64,000 bases of DNA from Flavobacteriaceae bacterium (GTDB taxonomy: Bacteria; Bacteroidota; Bacteroidia; Flavobacteriales; Flavobacteriaceae): the NCBI GenBank assembly GCA_002728855.1, contig PBWA01000038.1, forward strand, positions 2,838-66,837. The letters run 5' to 3'. The notes under the pieces were generated by a model, which saw only the letters and a program-made list of their open reading frames with translations, ran no database searches and was not told where the DNA came from. Shown here piece by piece: positions 62,724 through 64,000 of this stretch. The stretch's first letter is position 1; every line of letters starts with the position of its first letter. Made by a program: the position numbers and the translations under genes.

Positions 62724-64000
62724 TTAAACCTGAAGGATACCCATATTGAATTTTTCATTTACTGGTGAATGGTTTGCCATCGTAATTCCCATACTAATCC
62801 ATTTTCTAGTTTCAATTGGGTCAATAATTGCATCTATCCATAATCTTGATGCAGCATATGTTGGGTTCGATTGGTATTCATATTTAGCTTTAATTTTACT
62901 ATGCAATTCCTTTTCAACTTTTGAGCTAATTTTCTTATTGATCTTTTTTAATTTTGATTTTTCCATTTGTAAGATAACTTTTGCAGCTTGATCTCCTCCC
63001 ATAACAGCTTGTTTAGCTCCTGGCCAGGAAACTATTAGTCTTGGATCAAATGCCTTTCCGCACATTGCATAATTTCCAGCGCCAAATGAATTGCCAATTA
63101 TTACAGTAAATTTTGGTACTACAGAATTTGCAACTGCATTAACCATTTTTGCTCCATCCTTAATAATTCCTCCATGTTCAGCATTACTTCCAACCATGAA
63201 TCCAGTAACATCTTGAAGAAATACCATAGGAATTTTTCTTTGGTTACAATTTGCAATAAATCTTGTCGCTTTATCAGCAGAATCACTATAAATAACTCCA
63301 CCGTATTGAATTTCACCCTTTTTATTTTTTACCATTTCTCTCTGGTTATATATAATTCCAACTGCCCAACCATCTATTCTCGCATATCCAGTGATAATTG
63401 TTTTTCCAAAATCTGCTTTATATTGATCAAAAGAATTTTCATCAATTAACCTTTCAATGATTTCAAAGCTGTTATAAGGCTTAGTTTTATCTCTTGGTAA
63501 TATTCCGTAGATTTCATCTACTGACTTTTTAGGTTCCTCTGATTTTATTCTATTAAAACAAGCATTCTGACTTGAACTAATCTTGCTCATTAAAGAGCGA
63601 ATTTTATTTAATGCATCTTTATCATCAGAAGCTTTATGATCGGTTATGCCACTAATCTCACAATGAGTTGAAGCACCACCTAATGTTTCATTATCAATTT
63701 CCTCACCGATTGCGGCTTTAACCAGGTAGCTACCAGCTAAGAAAATACTTGCTGTTTTATTTACAATTATAGATTCATCTGACATTATTGGTAAATAAGC
63801 ACCACCAGCTACACAACTTCCCATTACAGCTGCAATTTGAATAATACCATCACTACTCATTTTAGCGTTATTTCTAAAAATTCTACCAAAATGATATTTA
63901 TCAGGAAAAATTTCATCCTGCATTGGAAGATATACCCCAGCACTATCAACAAGGTAAATGATGGGTATTTTGTTTTCCATTGAGATTTCTTGAGCTCTAA
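62724..64000 (-). CDS. Acyl-CoA carboxylase carboxyltransferase subunit (methylcrotonyl-CoA carboxylase beta-like), 5' end outside window
   Basis: LRAQEISMEN, VDSAGVYLP, GSCVAGGAY, QDVTGFMVG, GAGNYAMCG; frame is open at the right edge. Confidence 0.9.
   Translation of the reverse strand, partial: RAQEISMENKIPIIYLVDSAGVYLPMQDEIFPDKYHFGRIFRNNAKMSSDGIIQIAAVMGSCVAGGAYLPIMSDESIIVNKTASIFLAGSYLVKAAIGEEIDNETLGGASTHCEISGITDHKASDDKDALNKIRSLMSKISSSQNACFNRIKSEEPKKSVDEIYGILPRDKTKPYNSFEIIERLIDENSFDQYKADFGKTIITGYARIDGWAVGIIYNQREMVKNKKGEIQYGGVIYSDSADKATRFIANCNQRKIPMVFLQDVTGFMVGSNAEHGGIIKDGAKMVNAVANSVVPKFTVIIGNSFGAGNYAMCGKAFDPRLIVSWPGAKQAVMGGDQAAKVILQMEKSKLKKINKKISSKVEKELHSKIKAKYEYQSNPTYAASRLWIDAIIDPIETRKWISMGITMANHSPVNEKFNMGILQV

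Noticed and set aside
17338..63449. Many 60-145 aa antisense or alternate-frame ORFs (e.g. 18167-18499, 24857-25210, 52075-52512, 52681-53061, 58468-58683)
   Set aside because: They overlap well-conserved housekeeping genes and have no motifs; shadow ORFs.

Overview
AT-rich chromosomal segment of a streamlined, probably marine Flavobacteriaceae (Bacteroidota). The assignment rests on TAnnTTTG promoters, a T9SS C-terminal domain, the argF'-type arginine operon and RibBX. Left accessory part (1-16.5 kb): a >1410-aa LamG/Ig/GLUG surface protein missed by the ORF track because it runs off the window, a CotH lipoprotein, a DUF1080-GH3-GH5/CBM6-lipoprotein beta-glucan cluster, and a tRNA-Ser(TGA) integration hotspot with a ~1.37-kb prophage relic plus traces of an older related element. 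The rest is mostly core: ribBX, lptF/G, lolA, ftsK, nhaC, lpdA, the arg operon, tilS, dsbD, pxpABC with transporter, ilvDBNC, leuACD-cimA-leuB, rluA, panB, dnaK, menI-like, PAS-MenA fusion, CPBP protease and a carboxyltransferase. Best leads: (1) a PAS-domain/MenA prenyltransferase fusion in a minimal men cluster; (2) an unannotated Arg-rich leader peptide and hairpin upstream of the arg operon; (3) the nested att/arm-site architecture at tRNA-Ser; (4) a 523-aa candidate regulator divergent from leuA; (5) a sigma54-like promoter and palindrome at dnaK. All product calls come from motif recognition by eye, without database searches.
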